DNA of 50,306 nt, counting the filler, from Bipalium vagum (Eukaryota), in the NCBI GenBank assembly GCA_037834085.1. It is 3 parts of 3 records of this genome, joined end to end, with 100 filler letters (N's around TTAATTAATTAA, not from the genome) between each part and the next. Parts side by side here need not be neighbours in the genome. Positions count along the whole stretch, not along the records: positions 1 to 16,932 come from JBBMKC010085620.1; 2 more parts are not named here. One strand, given 5' to 3'. This document shows, piece after piece, positions 1-13,300 of the stretch. The position numbers were made by a program, and so were the translations under genes. The notes under the pieces were generated by a model. That model saw nothing but the letters and a program-made list of their open reading frames with translations, did not search any database and had not been told where the DNA came from. Numbering within the stretch: position 1 is the first letter of the stretch; each line of letters starts with the position of its first letter.

Positions 1-1303
1 TACTTAGCGTGTGAAATATGAACAAAAAAAATAAAAGTTACAACCTAAGAAAAGGAGCTCAAAAAATTATTTGATGCGCAGATTTACTGAGTTCTGCTTT
101 TTTTGAAGATTTTCTTAATTTAGTTGAAATTATTTTCTGATGAAAATATTATTTCTGAAAAAAGTTACTTTTTTATTATCAACAATCATGAAATGTGGCC
201 CTAAAGAGAACCATATTTCGTTCTCTTAATCTAAAAAATGAAAAAATTTTCAAAAATAATTTTCCAAATTTATTACATTTACTTTATATAAACATTAGGT
301 GACCTTCAAAATTTCAGGCACCCAGTTTATATATTAACCAATATAAATTTTCCTATGAAAATAAAAGGTATTAAAAAAATTAATAAACAAAATAACATTT
401 CAGGTAAAGTATTTGAAGTTACTGAAAATAAAATAATAACACTAATTCATATAGAAAATGTTACAGCTCATCCAACTATAGAAGAAGGGAATTGTAACTT
501 GTTATTATATAATAACCATTATGTATTATGTAAAGATATAAATATAAATATCTTTACTAATGCGAAATTACATAGTAATCGTATCTGTTAAAATTAAGTG
601 ATTATTATAAAAAAAATATTAATTGTGTAATCAATTATCTAAACTATCCCGTTTAGAAATACTAGGGGAAGTTAACAAGGCTAAAGCAGATTCCATCAAT
701 TATTAAAGACTGAATGATTATTCTATTGTAATTGAATCTCTATGTTAAAATAAGTATTTCGTTTGCCCTAATGTTTATATCGTCATAATTTTTGTTCACG
801 GTATTAGTTATCGTATTTTATCATCAAACCTATTATTTATATCTTAAATTACATTTTGAAGTAAAAGTTTAAAAATTATTTTTGCAAAATCTTAAATAAA
901 ATTTAAAACATTAATAATTACAAAATTAATAATTAAAAATGTAAAAATTACTAACCTTTATATCACAATTAAAAAGAAAATCATTGATTATAAGTTATTG
1001 AAAAATTATTTAATTACTATTTATTATTTACTAACTGAAATTTAATTAAATTAAGATTAAGTAATCAATTAAATTTTACTTTTATATCGAAGCAATTTTA
1101 TATGCTTGTTAAAATTAAAATAATGAAATCTTAAAATAATTTTATCAAAATATCTCTCCTGGTCAATTAGATTAAAGATATATTTTAGAAATACTTCTCT
1201 TTGAAAATATCAATGAATTTATTAAATCTTAAAAGGTCCATGAGTGGAGTAGCAAGAAAATAAGAAAAAAAATGTATTTATGTATAGAGTACAAAAAGCA
1301 TTG

Positions 1304-4300
1304 CTATTGATCTTGATTACGTCCCATTGTATTTACATTGTTTCTATTGATCTGGTTCACATGAAGCATTCTAGGAATTTGATTTCCAGCAGCACGACCA
1401 CTGGAGGAGACGCTGGCAATATTTCCTCCTCCTCCTCTGACATTATGACTCCTGATCGGACCGGTAATATTGAAATTGACATTGCGCTCTAAAGTTCGAT
1501 TAATTGCCCCAGATGCACTGCCGCTTTGGTCGTGGGTCGAATTGTTGAAGACGGATATTATTGAATTATTAGCGGCTGCTGAGGAAGAATTCTGAGAATT
1601 TGATTGATTGACAACCTTGTTTTGTTTGGGAAATCTGAACGTTAAACAAAAACACATAACGAGCACACAATAATCGTGGTACCGTGGGAACAATTGGTCT
1701 GACAAACGCCGCCGAGCTTGTTCTGTTCATTATCTGATTCTGACAAATCGACGGGTAATTGTGCATATTTCCAGAATACACCAATCGTTGAAATACCTGA
1801 TCGAACACAATACGCGGTAAAACTATAGAACATCTTTTTTTCGATCAATTTTACCTGACTGGAGGTTCTGCGCGGAATCGAAGCGGAGTTCCTGGGACTT
1901 TGTTGTATTTGAAATTGCACTGGTTGGTGGTTTCTGGATCCCAGGTTGCCTGCAGTTTGGTTCTGGGAAACTGTGGTATTACCAGAACTGGTCAAATTCG
2001 ATGAAATGGCTGAGACAGCCGACTGAACCTGACTGGACGAATTCTGTTGATGAATAACTGTCGTTCCTCCTCCTCCTGTTCCGCCTCCAGACCCTCCGCC
2101 TGCCCCACTCAGCTAAATTAAAGAAAATGAAAATAAACTCGTATCATTATTATTAATACTTTATAATCAATATTTTTCATATACTTATCAATGTTGATCG
2201 ACTTACATTGCGATTGATCGGCAAATTGTATCGAGCTCGAGACACGACTTGACTGTTCCCACCGGCAGAAGTTTGAAGCGAATAGAGATTCTGTCCCGTT
2301 CCACCGAGATTTGTGGAGGTCGTTCTCCTGATATGATTCATGGAGTGAATCGAGGAGTTCGTCGGATTTGTTGTCTCCTGATCAATGATCAATATAAGAA
2401 ATATTTCTCACTATTAAAAAAAACTTACAAAATAACCAATGTTTCGATAAGACGATGACGATTGTATCGATGAAGTGGAAGCAGATGCTAAAATGTGTGG
2501 TGCACGGTTCTGATTGGGGTTTTGGTTGCTATATTCACATTCTCGATCCTTATCCATCTCTTCTCTTCTCTGGATCAACATTGCCGGTGTAAATATTCTG
2601 TCTGGGTGAATGTTGTATTCCTGAATCGAGTGAGTTACCATTTCAAGGTAAAATAACAAAGAAAATCACTTCTAAAGCGCTGATGTGAGTGGCATTTTTC
2701 TTGATTGTCTGACTGTGACTGGGAAGTAGGGAAGGCAGTTTGCTCGTGTTGACAACCTCGTCCAACATTTTGAAGGTCATAGTCGTTTTGATGTCGAAAG
2801 AATTTAGGCAGCTATTGACAATTTGATTGGTTTGGGTGAGGTTTACTTTCATATCGTTCTGAAAAATAGAACAGACGGGTCAGGCCTGTTAATTGGTCGA
2901 TTAAACAAGAAAAACTTGCCAGAAAGCATTGGAACGTTTTAATCTTATTTGTCATTGCTTGAGTGCTTCCAAAAATCGGCATTCCGTAAGTTCCGATAGA
3001 ATTTTTCATTTTTATTTTCAGTTTTCGACCTGTGACTCCGCCTATCACTGAAAATAAGACAAATATTATTCAATACAAAAAATTTTGCCCCATACTCGGC
3101 CTGGATTCACTGTTAGCTCGAACACCCAAAACTCCAGTTGGATTAGACAGACTGGATTGTCTGTTAAATCGTGGCAAATTGCTATCGGCCTTGTTTTGAC
3201 TCAAAAAACCCATTTGCAATTTCGTAAAATGAATATTACACATTTCGCTACTCCGGTGAGTGTTGGTGATGGCATAGAAATTCATGTAATGTTCACAAAT
3301 TTTGAAATTCGGTGACAAATTACTTTTATCGGTCACGGTCGTTGAAAACGGGTAATCTTGGTAATGGCTGATGTTCTGTAGTAAATCACCATTAACAAGA
3401 GCAATTTATTGAAATAAAAATATTTTATCGATTACTTTATTAACTCTGATTTTTCAAAATCCGCTTGAAAAATTTTCATAAAAAATCGATTATTTAAGAT
3501 TAAGCTTTGATAGTTTATACTATTTTTACGTTATAATTATTTTTAATAATAATAATCAATAGAAAATATTTAATGGTTCGCTTTATATTATTGATTTTTC
3601 AAAACATAAAAAGATATTTATCTGTAAATTATATAAACATTGATGTTTTAAAAAAAATTTATCACTTGAAATAAAACGGCTTCTTCATGAATATTCCATT
3701 CGGGTAACTTCTCGTATTCGTTCTCAACATTGGGCTGCAAAACAGATTCGGAGTTGCCACCAAGTTTTGTCTGAAAGAAAATGTTTTTTCATAAACAAAC
3801 AAAAAAATAAAAAATCTTTAAAAAATACATTGAGAAATAATTGTCCTCGGTGATTATTGGCATTGCTGTTGCTGTTATGAATGGATCTCTGAGTCGGTGT
3901 ATAATTCTGTATGCTTGAACTGGAGACAGTAGTCGTTTTAGCACCCAGATTCGATATATTGATTGTGGATATTTGTTGTCTTTTAAATTTTAGTGTTTTC
4001 AACCCGTCTTTCGAATAAAACGGACGTTGGAGATTTATTTTCATCGAACTGTCATTACTACACAAAACGATTGAATTACACTTGCCAACGTCTGTAGTTG
4101 GATGAACTGTGCTGCTTGTATTTGGTGCTGCTGGTTGGTTAACGACCTGGGTGGTGTTATTATCCGCTAAATTGTCGGTAATGGCTGGCGAAGGTTTTTT
4201 CAACTCCACGTCCTTCGTGTCGAGAGGCAGCAAATCAGGATCATTGACACTCCCTGAAACGAAATAAAAAACCAGAATGTTTTGCTCAAACTACTTGCAG

Positions 4301-7300
4301 ACTAAGACTTACTCTTCTCGATTTTATATCTGCTTTTTAGATTATTTTGCGAAGAAGCGAGATCGTTCTCATTTTCCGTATAATAACGCCGGTTGGTGAA
4401 AATTTTCCTCTTTTTTTGATTTAACCCATACTGATTGTAGTTTCTTACTTGATATTCGTTCGGCAACTTTCTTTTCTTCAATCGATCAGCAGAGTCCAAA
4501 TATTCAGGCATATCGACGACCAGATCTTCCTTATTGGACACATTGGATACTTTGTCGTTCCATTTTTTCTGATTAGACTTTATTCGATAGTTTTTCGTTG
4601 GTAACAAATACAAAGACAGTTCCGTATCCCGGATAGGTTTAGTACCGTACATATCCAATATCTCAGTCTGCAAAATTTTTTTTGAATCATCCAATTGAAG
4701 GGGCGTCCATACCTTAATATAAAGTTGAAATTGTTTTCAGTTGAAATCATTGCAGTAAAATATTTAACAAAATTTACTATTTATCAATAATTATTTAGTA
4801 TTAAAGATTGATTTTAAGTCAATGATTAATCAATAATAATATTAGAATTGCAGTGTATTCATTATATATAATATAATTAAAAACAGAAGATTATCCCATA
4901 TTTCGCCTTAATCATATTTATGAAACCCATAAAAAAATATCGCAGAGATAAAATTAATTTTTTCTCAATTAAAGAAATTTTTACTAAAAGTATTTTTACA
5001 CTTCAATATCAATCAACGAAGACATTAATTAACGCTCTTAAAAGAATTAGAAAAATGTAAAAACGCACCCCCGAATCATTCAACTGTAATTGGGTTTGAT
5101 CATAGGATAACAGTGCGTCTTGATGTTCAGTCAGCTCTAGTAAATGACTTAATTTATTTTGACGTTTAATTCTATAGAATTCCATTTTTCTTAACATTTC
5201 CATGAAATCACTATTACTCCTGAAAGGAAGCAGACTATGATTATCGTTATCGATTATTTGATTTGTCCTATCTATCAAGCTGGGTTTCTGACAATTGACT
5301 TTCAATGGACTGAATTCATGTTTGACTCGATTCTTTTGTGTTTGATAATTAGTCAATTGTAACAAGTCGTATGGGTTTTCGAAACTTTTGAACACATCTC
5401 CAATCGAATCCTCAGATAACTTTTCCTTGATCGATAAAACCGATTGAAAACTTTCAATACAAAATCCCGATATCAATTCTTCTTTCAACGGTGAGAACAA
5501 TTTATCAACGAAATATTTCAATAATGACTGTTGAGAAACTACGGCTGACGTTGTGGAAATCAATCCACCCTTGTAACCGAAAGAATTTTCATAGAGAAAC
5601 CCAAGATCGTTAGTCAAAAAATATTGCTCCAGAGTTTCAAAACTACACAGTTTATATATTGACGAAATACCAGATCCTTGGGAAAAAATACAATTCAGAC
5701 CCCATCGATTGATTCTGAAAAAAAATCAATGACCAATCAATTTTAATGGTCTCAGAGACAAAATTTCTCTTACAATTTGTATACCACCTGATCGGAATCT
5801 ATTTGCCAGTGAGAATCAGCGATGATTATCGAACAGGCGTCAACGTTCAACGATGCCAAGTGGTTGTAATTTGTTCTAGCGTGAACCAAAAGAATCGGTT
5901 TTCGATTTCTCAATTGACATCTGTTAAACTTATCGACAACGGATCGTAGGTAATCGTCTGAGTTCCGTAGACAGGTATCGAACCGAAATCGCAGAAAGCT
6001 TCCATAATTGCTATTGAGAAACAAAAGAGCTTCGATTAGATTGAGCAGCTCAGAATTGTGTGACAAAATAATGCACATTTTAACAGTAGAATCATTGACC
6101 AATTTCCGAAGAATGGAATTAAGAATTTTCAGCTTACCTTTTAAATATCAATGATGTAATCAATAAGTAAATTAGATTTCCAACAATACCTGATAATTCT
6201 ATATCCTGTTTTTGAATGACACAATCTCGATTGACGTTTTTAGGTTTGTGGTTCAAAAACGTTTGATAGATTTTACTGATATATTTAACCAGTTTCCGAT
6301 TCTGGTCAATTGAAGATGCAACCAGGGATTTCGATTTGCAGCTAGATGTTAATCTCGGGGGTCTGGAAGCAATCACTTTATTAGTGACAACTGAGGAATA
6401 TCTGGAAAGAAAATCAATAAAAATCCATTTGTATTAAGTTACGGTACGATGTTATTCCATTATATCGTTTTGAGATGGAACACAATGTCTGAAGACAACT
6501 CCGTTGATCTGGCTGAATGCCGAGATCCATTACCAGAAGACCAATTGTACTGACATAGCATGAATCACTACAATCCAACAGTCCGTTGCATTTTACGTTT
6601 TCCTTGGACAGAGTCGTTAATAGGGACTGAATTTGATGAACATTGATTTATTTTTTAAAAATTCAATATCAATAAAATAAAAATTTAATCAACCTTGAAT
6701 TTCGTTTTTGATCGCCTAGCAGCCAGAGTTGAAGTCTGTTGATCTTTGTCACAATGCACAATATCTTTTTGCAGAACCGGTTTCAAGAGGCTAGAGATTT
6801 ATAAATGTACACTTATCAAATACATTAAAATAAATCAATACTTGCTCAAGGTATTCTCGGATTCAACTGAACGGAAATTCTTCAGTTCCAATGTCAACGT
6901 TTCCAAATCAAGTACCGACAAAAATTCTTTTTGATCCTCAGCTTGAAATTTTGACGTACATAACGAACCGAAATCGTTCACTCCGCAAATCTGGCCGGTT
7001 TCATCGTCAGTCTCATTCAACCACATTGATACTTTATTTAATAAAAGATCGATATTTGCGGAAGATATGAGCAAATTCTTCATTTGACCTCTTTCGTATT
7101 TATTGAATGAAAAGTCCGAGATATTGTATGGTAAAATGTAATTGGAAACTTTTTGGTTTTGACAAACACGTAGTGATAACAAAGTCGAGCAAATCTTTTT
7201 CGGTAAATATATCGACAAAGAATCGGAAATATTCATGTAAAATGTTGAAATGGGATTTGGGTCGATTTTACTTTTCTTCATGCACGAATAAAACAATTCC

Positions 7301-9828
7301 ATTTCTGCTTCGTCGGAATATGAATCAAAACAATACGGATGTTGACTCAACAAAATGTCTTGTGAAATGGCCTCGACAATATCGATTAACTTGTTCGATT
7401 CCAATGATCTAAAGATTGTGAATAGATATTAAATTTTGTAAAATCGGTACACCGTGATGTTACTTTTTCAGTTTATCTATAACGTGATGATGCAGAGTCT
7501 GTTGAAAACCAGTCAATGGACACATTACGACTTGTATGGAATTCTCGGGATCGATAATTCTTTGCAAAGGAACACAATGATTTAAAATCACCTATTTTTT
7601 ATACAAAAAAATTAACAAATCGACAAACCCAAATTATTAATGACTATTATTAAATATATGCTTCATTACCGTTGTCAATTTTTCCGACTGGTTAGAAAAA
7701 CCTTTACTGAAATTCTCGTACACACTGTCATTCAACAATTGATCTAGCTCCAATGATGTATAAAACAGGCGGAAAAATGTCTTCATACAATGCTTGGAGC
7801 TGGGAAAGTTATTATCCTCAGAAATCAAACCGATTCTGATCCCAACTTGTTTTGAATCAGATAAAAAAAATAAGTCCGAAACATTTGAGTTTTCACACAA
7901 TGCTTCAATCTGTTGAGGTTAACAAAAAAATAAAATGAATAAAAAAATATTTCCATTAAAAAACGAAACTTGATCATAAATTATATTATTCCATTTGGTC
8001 GAAGAAACACAGAACTGAGAAGCGATGCAACAGTAACTAGCGATACAGACAACCTTATCTCCAGGTTCGGCTCCTCCTATCATTTCAAAAACACTCTTGG
8101 AACTCTTCAAATTAAAATAGGAATCGAGAATAATAACTCTACAGCGAACGTATATCTTTTTCAGTAACAATTCCCATTCCCTCATCCTTTCACCAGTGGT
8201 AATAATCAAATCTGGTATGTCGTTGTGTAGCTTTGTCGACATGTAGACCAGAAACGCTAAAAAATCAATATTTATGTTCAACCTCCAATCAAATTTCATC
8301 GAAACCTGATATTATCAACCGATCATCCCCACACTGCAACGAACTGATAATTGAAAATGACAATTTCTGCATGGCCAAGTCATATAAAACTTGAACATTG
8401 CCATTGATTGTTTCGTTGGACATAAGTTCTTCCAAAATTTCCGGAACGGAAACGGAACCCAGGTCTGTGAATGATATGTTTGACAACAATTCCTGGATTT
8501 TCGTGCTTTGGGAAACGATTAACGGGCACGGTTTCGTGTCAGGTTTCGAGTAAATATCATTTTGATCAAAAGACGTGGCTTCCGACATCAGAGATTCACT
8601 GTCTATGGAATCAGAACTGTTGAAATGCGGCTTCTTGCCGCATATATCTTTATCGAGAAAGTAATTTTCATCGACAATTTTCTCTATTGGAGTCTGAGAA
8701 AGAATATTCAATTCATCAATTTCATTTTCAAAAGAAGTTTTTCTCTGAAAAAAAATTCAAGAAAATCGATAATTATTTGTTAAACATTTTTACCTCATCA
8801 TTTAACTCGATATCATTCTCCAACCAGTTCAATTCGTCTTTAAAATCTGTAATATATGACTCATCGTCACTTATGGACAGACTGTGATCAAAGGTTATGT
8901 CACCATCATCGGTGAACATTATCGATGATCGACTTTGACAAGTATTAAAGGAACAAAGACTTTCGCTACCAGATTTATCATATATAAAGTCAGTTTTATC
9001 ATCACTTTCTGTATTTATGAGATTTTCCGATAACCAAATTTGGAACAGATCGATGTTATTACCACTATAACATAAATCCATGTTATCCTTTAAAGAATCA
9101 ATCTTGTTATCATTAATCTTGAAGAATACCGTTAAAATAACACAATACACAAAACATTTACTTTAGATCTCCACCAATCCTTAATCATATTTGCGATTCT
9201 GGAACATTTCATACGAGCTTCTTCTTGGATTTGTATGAACTCTAAAGTTTTTATCTCCTCTTTAACAAATACATAGGTTTTAGCACTTTCTGCCAACTAT
9301 GTGAAAAATAAAATCGTAACTACTGATATTACAAATAATATTTACAGTTTTTGCAGCCATCATTTTCCAATTCAAACGACTTCTGATATCAGTTGCCATC
9401 CATTCAACTTCATCTAACAAATAATCCCAATGGCCTTTACATCGCAATGGTTCCATTACTTTAGGCAATGCATCTCTGGTCCATATTCCCTTCTTTTTCA
9501 AATTAGAAATTTTATCCAACACAGTGGCCTCTTGAAGAGCATCATTGACATTTTGTTCATCTTGGATTTTCTTGCATATTTTAAAGTCAGACTTATCAAT
9601 TTCAATAGTTTCCTTTTGATTTTTTCTATTCTTATTGATTTTACATTTTACTAACCTCTTAAAAAATTTGCATGTCCTTGGTAAAAATATATTTAACTTT
9701 TCTTTCGAAGTAATTAACTCATTAAATAAATCCGGTCTAAATTTATACTTATATTCACTTTGTAAATAAAACAGATGTAATATTTCTATAGATTTAGCTT
9801 TAAAAATATCACTTTTCGATTCATCCAT
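1304..9828 (-). CDS. EP400: EP400/Domino-type SWR1-family protein (HSA, degenerate SNF2 ATPase, SANT/Myb, low-complexity tail), multi-exon
   Basis: HSA motif LPKVMEPLRCKGHWDYLLDEVEWMATD..WKMMAAK (ORF 9280-9834). SNF2-like segments PDLIITTGERMREWELLLKK and VVCIASY..KWNNIIYDQ. HelicC-like ORF 5770-6102. EP400-like VWTP..DMYGTKPI (~4.7 kb). SANT EWNIHEEAVLFQ..RSSEMCNIHF (3.2-3.7 kb). KNATHISALE..FTPAMLIQRREE tail. In-frame GT-AG introns checked at 9297-9345, 9118-9161, 8257-8305 and 7910-7969. The 3' exon junctions near 1.6-1.9 kb and the exact start codon are uncertain. Confidence 0.87.
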
Positions 9829-10318
9829 AAACACTTAAATAAGTTTGAAAATTTTACTTGTTTACTTATTTAAACAAACCGATATCAATAATGATTTAAT
9901 TTATTACCCATAAAAAATAATCATATTTCTCATAAATACGTACAAATTTACATTACAAATTTCTAAATTAAATTACTTTTTACAATCAATAAAATGTGTT
10001 AAAATATAGAATCAGAACAAACCATAAAGTAATTTAGTACAAGTTTAGTATTAATCATGCAATTCAAAATAATTTTAAGTCCCAGAATTAATAAATGTTA
10101 AGGATTAAATAGAAAGTAAAAATAACTAAGGAAGCTCTTGATATGAAAATAACTGTACATATTTTTACACAAATCTCACAGTAAAATATTAATCACAAAT
10201 TAACTTTAAAATCATTTTAAAGCACTTACATCCATTCGAGACTAAAATCACATTCAAATTTATTTTTATACATAAGTTTCAGAAAACTTTAAATGAAAAT
10301 CATAATAAAGGAATTTTC

Positions 10319-13300
10319 TTAATTAAAATAATTTTGATGAATTGAGCGAAATAATTGAGAATCATTAGGATTCGAAGGTTGAAAATGAAGTGAAGTCGGT
10401 TGAGGCAAGCCTTTTTGAGGTGCAATCATTTTTGAGTAACCTCGAGAACCTTGATGATTTAAGTTGGCTCCATTTGAGATCTGTGAATAGTTTCCTATGG
10501 GACGAATATTTGCTGGAGATGATTGATGATTCTGAACATTGGGAATGTAATTCATTAAAAACGGCTTTCCAGCAGAAGGTGAATAATTATTCATATTATG
10601 ATTTGGAATATTAATTCTATTCATGGGAAGTGAAATTTGGTTGGGGACAATGCCTGACATTGGTTTATTATTGGTAACGATATGGTTATTCATTTCTTGA
10701 ATATAATTTTGATTGATTTGTTGGGTCATTGGTGGATTACTAACGTAAAAAGGTATCTGTGACTGATTTGATGGAGCAGATGTGATATTATGCATTCTCT
10801 GGTGTAAGATATTGTTTTGCGGTGGCATATTTGCTGAAGAATACATTTGATGTGTCGGAGGCATAATGGGAGGTTTGTGTCGTGATGAAAGATTGCGATA
10901 AGCTGTTGAATATCCAGGATTGTTTTTCAACCATTCATTAAATTTTAAAGGCCCGTCCGGCTGGCTATTGAATGTTGCATACATTTTCTCAACCATCATC
11001 ATGTCATTGTGCTGAGAAGAATAAGCCTGGTTCATCATTGGAGGATAATTACCATTCGAATACATTGCACATTGAAAATTAGCCATTTCATTTACATTGG
11101 GACTAATTGGAAGTGATACATTTGAATTTGATTGATGTATATAGTTTTGTTTCATATTAAATGATTGATTACTCACGGAAGCGTTCAGTTTACCAGACGC
11201 GATATAATCTAGATTTGAATTATTATTAGAACTATTGGATTGAGGACCAGAACTTTGAACATATTGCATTTGCCCCACTGACGCTCCTCCTGCATTCACA
11301 CAATCTTGCGCAGAAGCCGAAGGTGGATTGTTAGAAACGTTGCTATTGCAGCGCATTTGCGCAGTGCGGCGACGAAGAATTTGTTTTTGAGAATATCGAA
11401 GCTTGTTTTCTTGCTTTTTCAATTTCTGTTTTATTTGCTGACAATAGGTAATTATACATTTCAAATCGGTACAAAATTTAGCATGGTAAGCTGATAATTT
11501 GAGAATCCATTTACATTGAGAACACTTAACGCCATCTTTACAGCTCTTATTGTGATATATAAACCAATTTTTAAACACTTTGCAATTCGGCATTTTGCAA
11601 TTGGCATCCCTGCATGAGCTGGCATGCTCAAAATTCTTCACCAATCGATCGATTCTTGTTCTATATGTTTCCTCACAATTGTCATCGGATTTAAAAGTCG
11701 ATGGATCGTGTTCTCCATCAGCAACAGATTTGATTAGCTCCAGAGGATGAATATGCTTATTGGTCAAATAACATTTTTCACACAAATCGAATTCTTCGCA
11801 TTGTGCACAATGGTATCTCGTTTCTATTTGAGCATTACAAGCATTACAGGTGTAACAGAAACTTTGTTTCATTTCATTATGTAATTCATAACACATGACT
11901 AAAGTGGAAAATAAGGATCGCCTCAGATTGGAAAATTCCAAATGCTTAGCACGAGCCATTTGTAGAAAATTTTCTCTGCCATCCATCAATTCCGATTCTA
12001 CTGAAGGATCTGGATCATATATTTCTTTAAGGTTAGCAACATTTTTCTGGGGATGTAGTCGAATTATAAAGAAGTTGTCCTTGTGTTTCTCCATTATTTC
12101 CAGAACCTTTTTAAACAATTCATTAACAATATCGGCAGGATCGTGGCATTTTTTCCTCTTAGAAGTGGCTGCAATACTCGTTGTTTTTTTCTGTTTCCTT
12201 TTCTTCGGTTTCTTATTGCCAATGTTATCATTACTTATCTCATATGATGTATCAAGGTTCTCATTATCCTCATCTTCCTGGTGCACGGTTTCTTTAGCCT
12301 TGCGATTGTTTTCTTCAAACTCTTTCAGAATATCTTCAAATGCATTTGGCCAAAAATCTCCTTCAAAATATGGTATTTCCACAACAGACTTTATCTCGGA
12401 CAAATGAGCATCTTTATAAACGTCTTTATAATCATCAATGACCAATTCTTGCATGCCTTTATCCAACATTTTCGTGTACCATTCCTGCAATCGTTTCGGT
12501 TTCGGAATTCGTTGATCTGGTGGATGAATATGGAATATATAATCATCTCCTTCACTAGGCGGACAGGCCCAAATGTGAGCCATCACATAGCCCAATTTCT
12601 TAACATAATCCAAATATCCTACCAAAATTTCATAATAAACTTTCGTTCGGTGTTTTGAAGGTTCAAAGAATTTGACCGAATCTAAATAGGCCACATAAAC
12701 CCGTCTTCTATTTGGTTCCGGACAATCCGAACCATACTCTTGGACGTGCAGACCGAAAAAACAGACTTCGCGACCTTGATACTCTTGAAATGCAAATATC
12801 GCCTTAGATCTGTACGGAAATGAAGTTTCAGCATCACCGAAAAATGATTTCATTCCTGGTTTAACGTCGGTAACTTTCTTGACGCTGGAAAGGACTCTTA
12901 TGATTACATTATCGGTGGTGATTTCATTTTTCTTTAAATAATCATTGACTCGTTTTTCCAGAAAGTTACTCAAAACCGATGGTAGCAAACGTTTTGCAGT
13001 GTATTTGTTTTCCTTCAATACCAGCTTTGGCACTTTCTGTAAACAGTTTTTGCAATAAAATGCAGTCCATATTTCGTCGATGTGACAGGCACAGACCTTG
13101 TGCCATTTTCTTTTGCATTCTCCACAAAAAACGAATTCTTCGTGTATTTCGACATTATTTTTCTTCTTCACCAGCAATTCTTTCTTGACCAATCTATACG
13201 AAAAAATAAAATATTCAGGTATCAAAATTATAACAAAAAACGAACAATAATTCATTAGACTCGGCAATGAATGTAACTTTCGAAGAACTGTCCGAATAAC

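Noticed and set aside
137-162. CTGATGA...GAAA hammerhead-like core (also checked CTGATGA at 21393, 22917 minus, 37150 and 46638 minus, and CTGAAGA near 48698)
   Set aside because: Stem II is not directly followed by GAAA, and no stems I/III can be formed.
1280-13188. Many plus-strand ORFs (e.g. 11895-12407, 12281-12658, 7107-7412)
   Set aside because: Antisense shadows of the EP400 and CBP exons, with no recognisable motifs.
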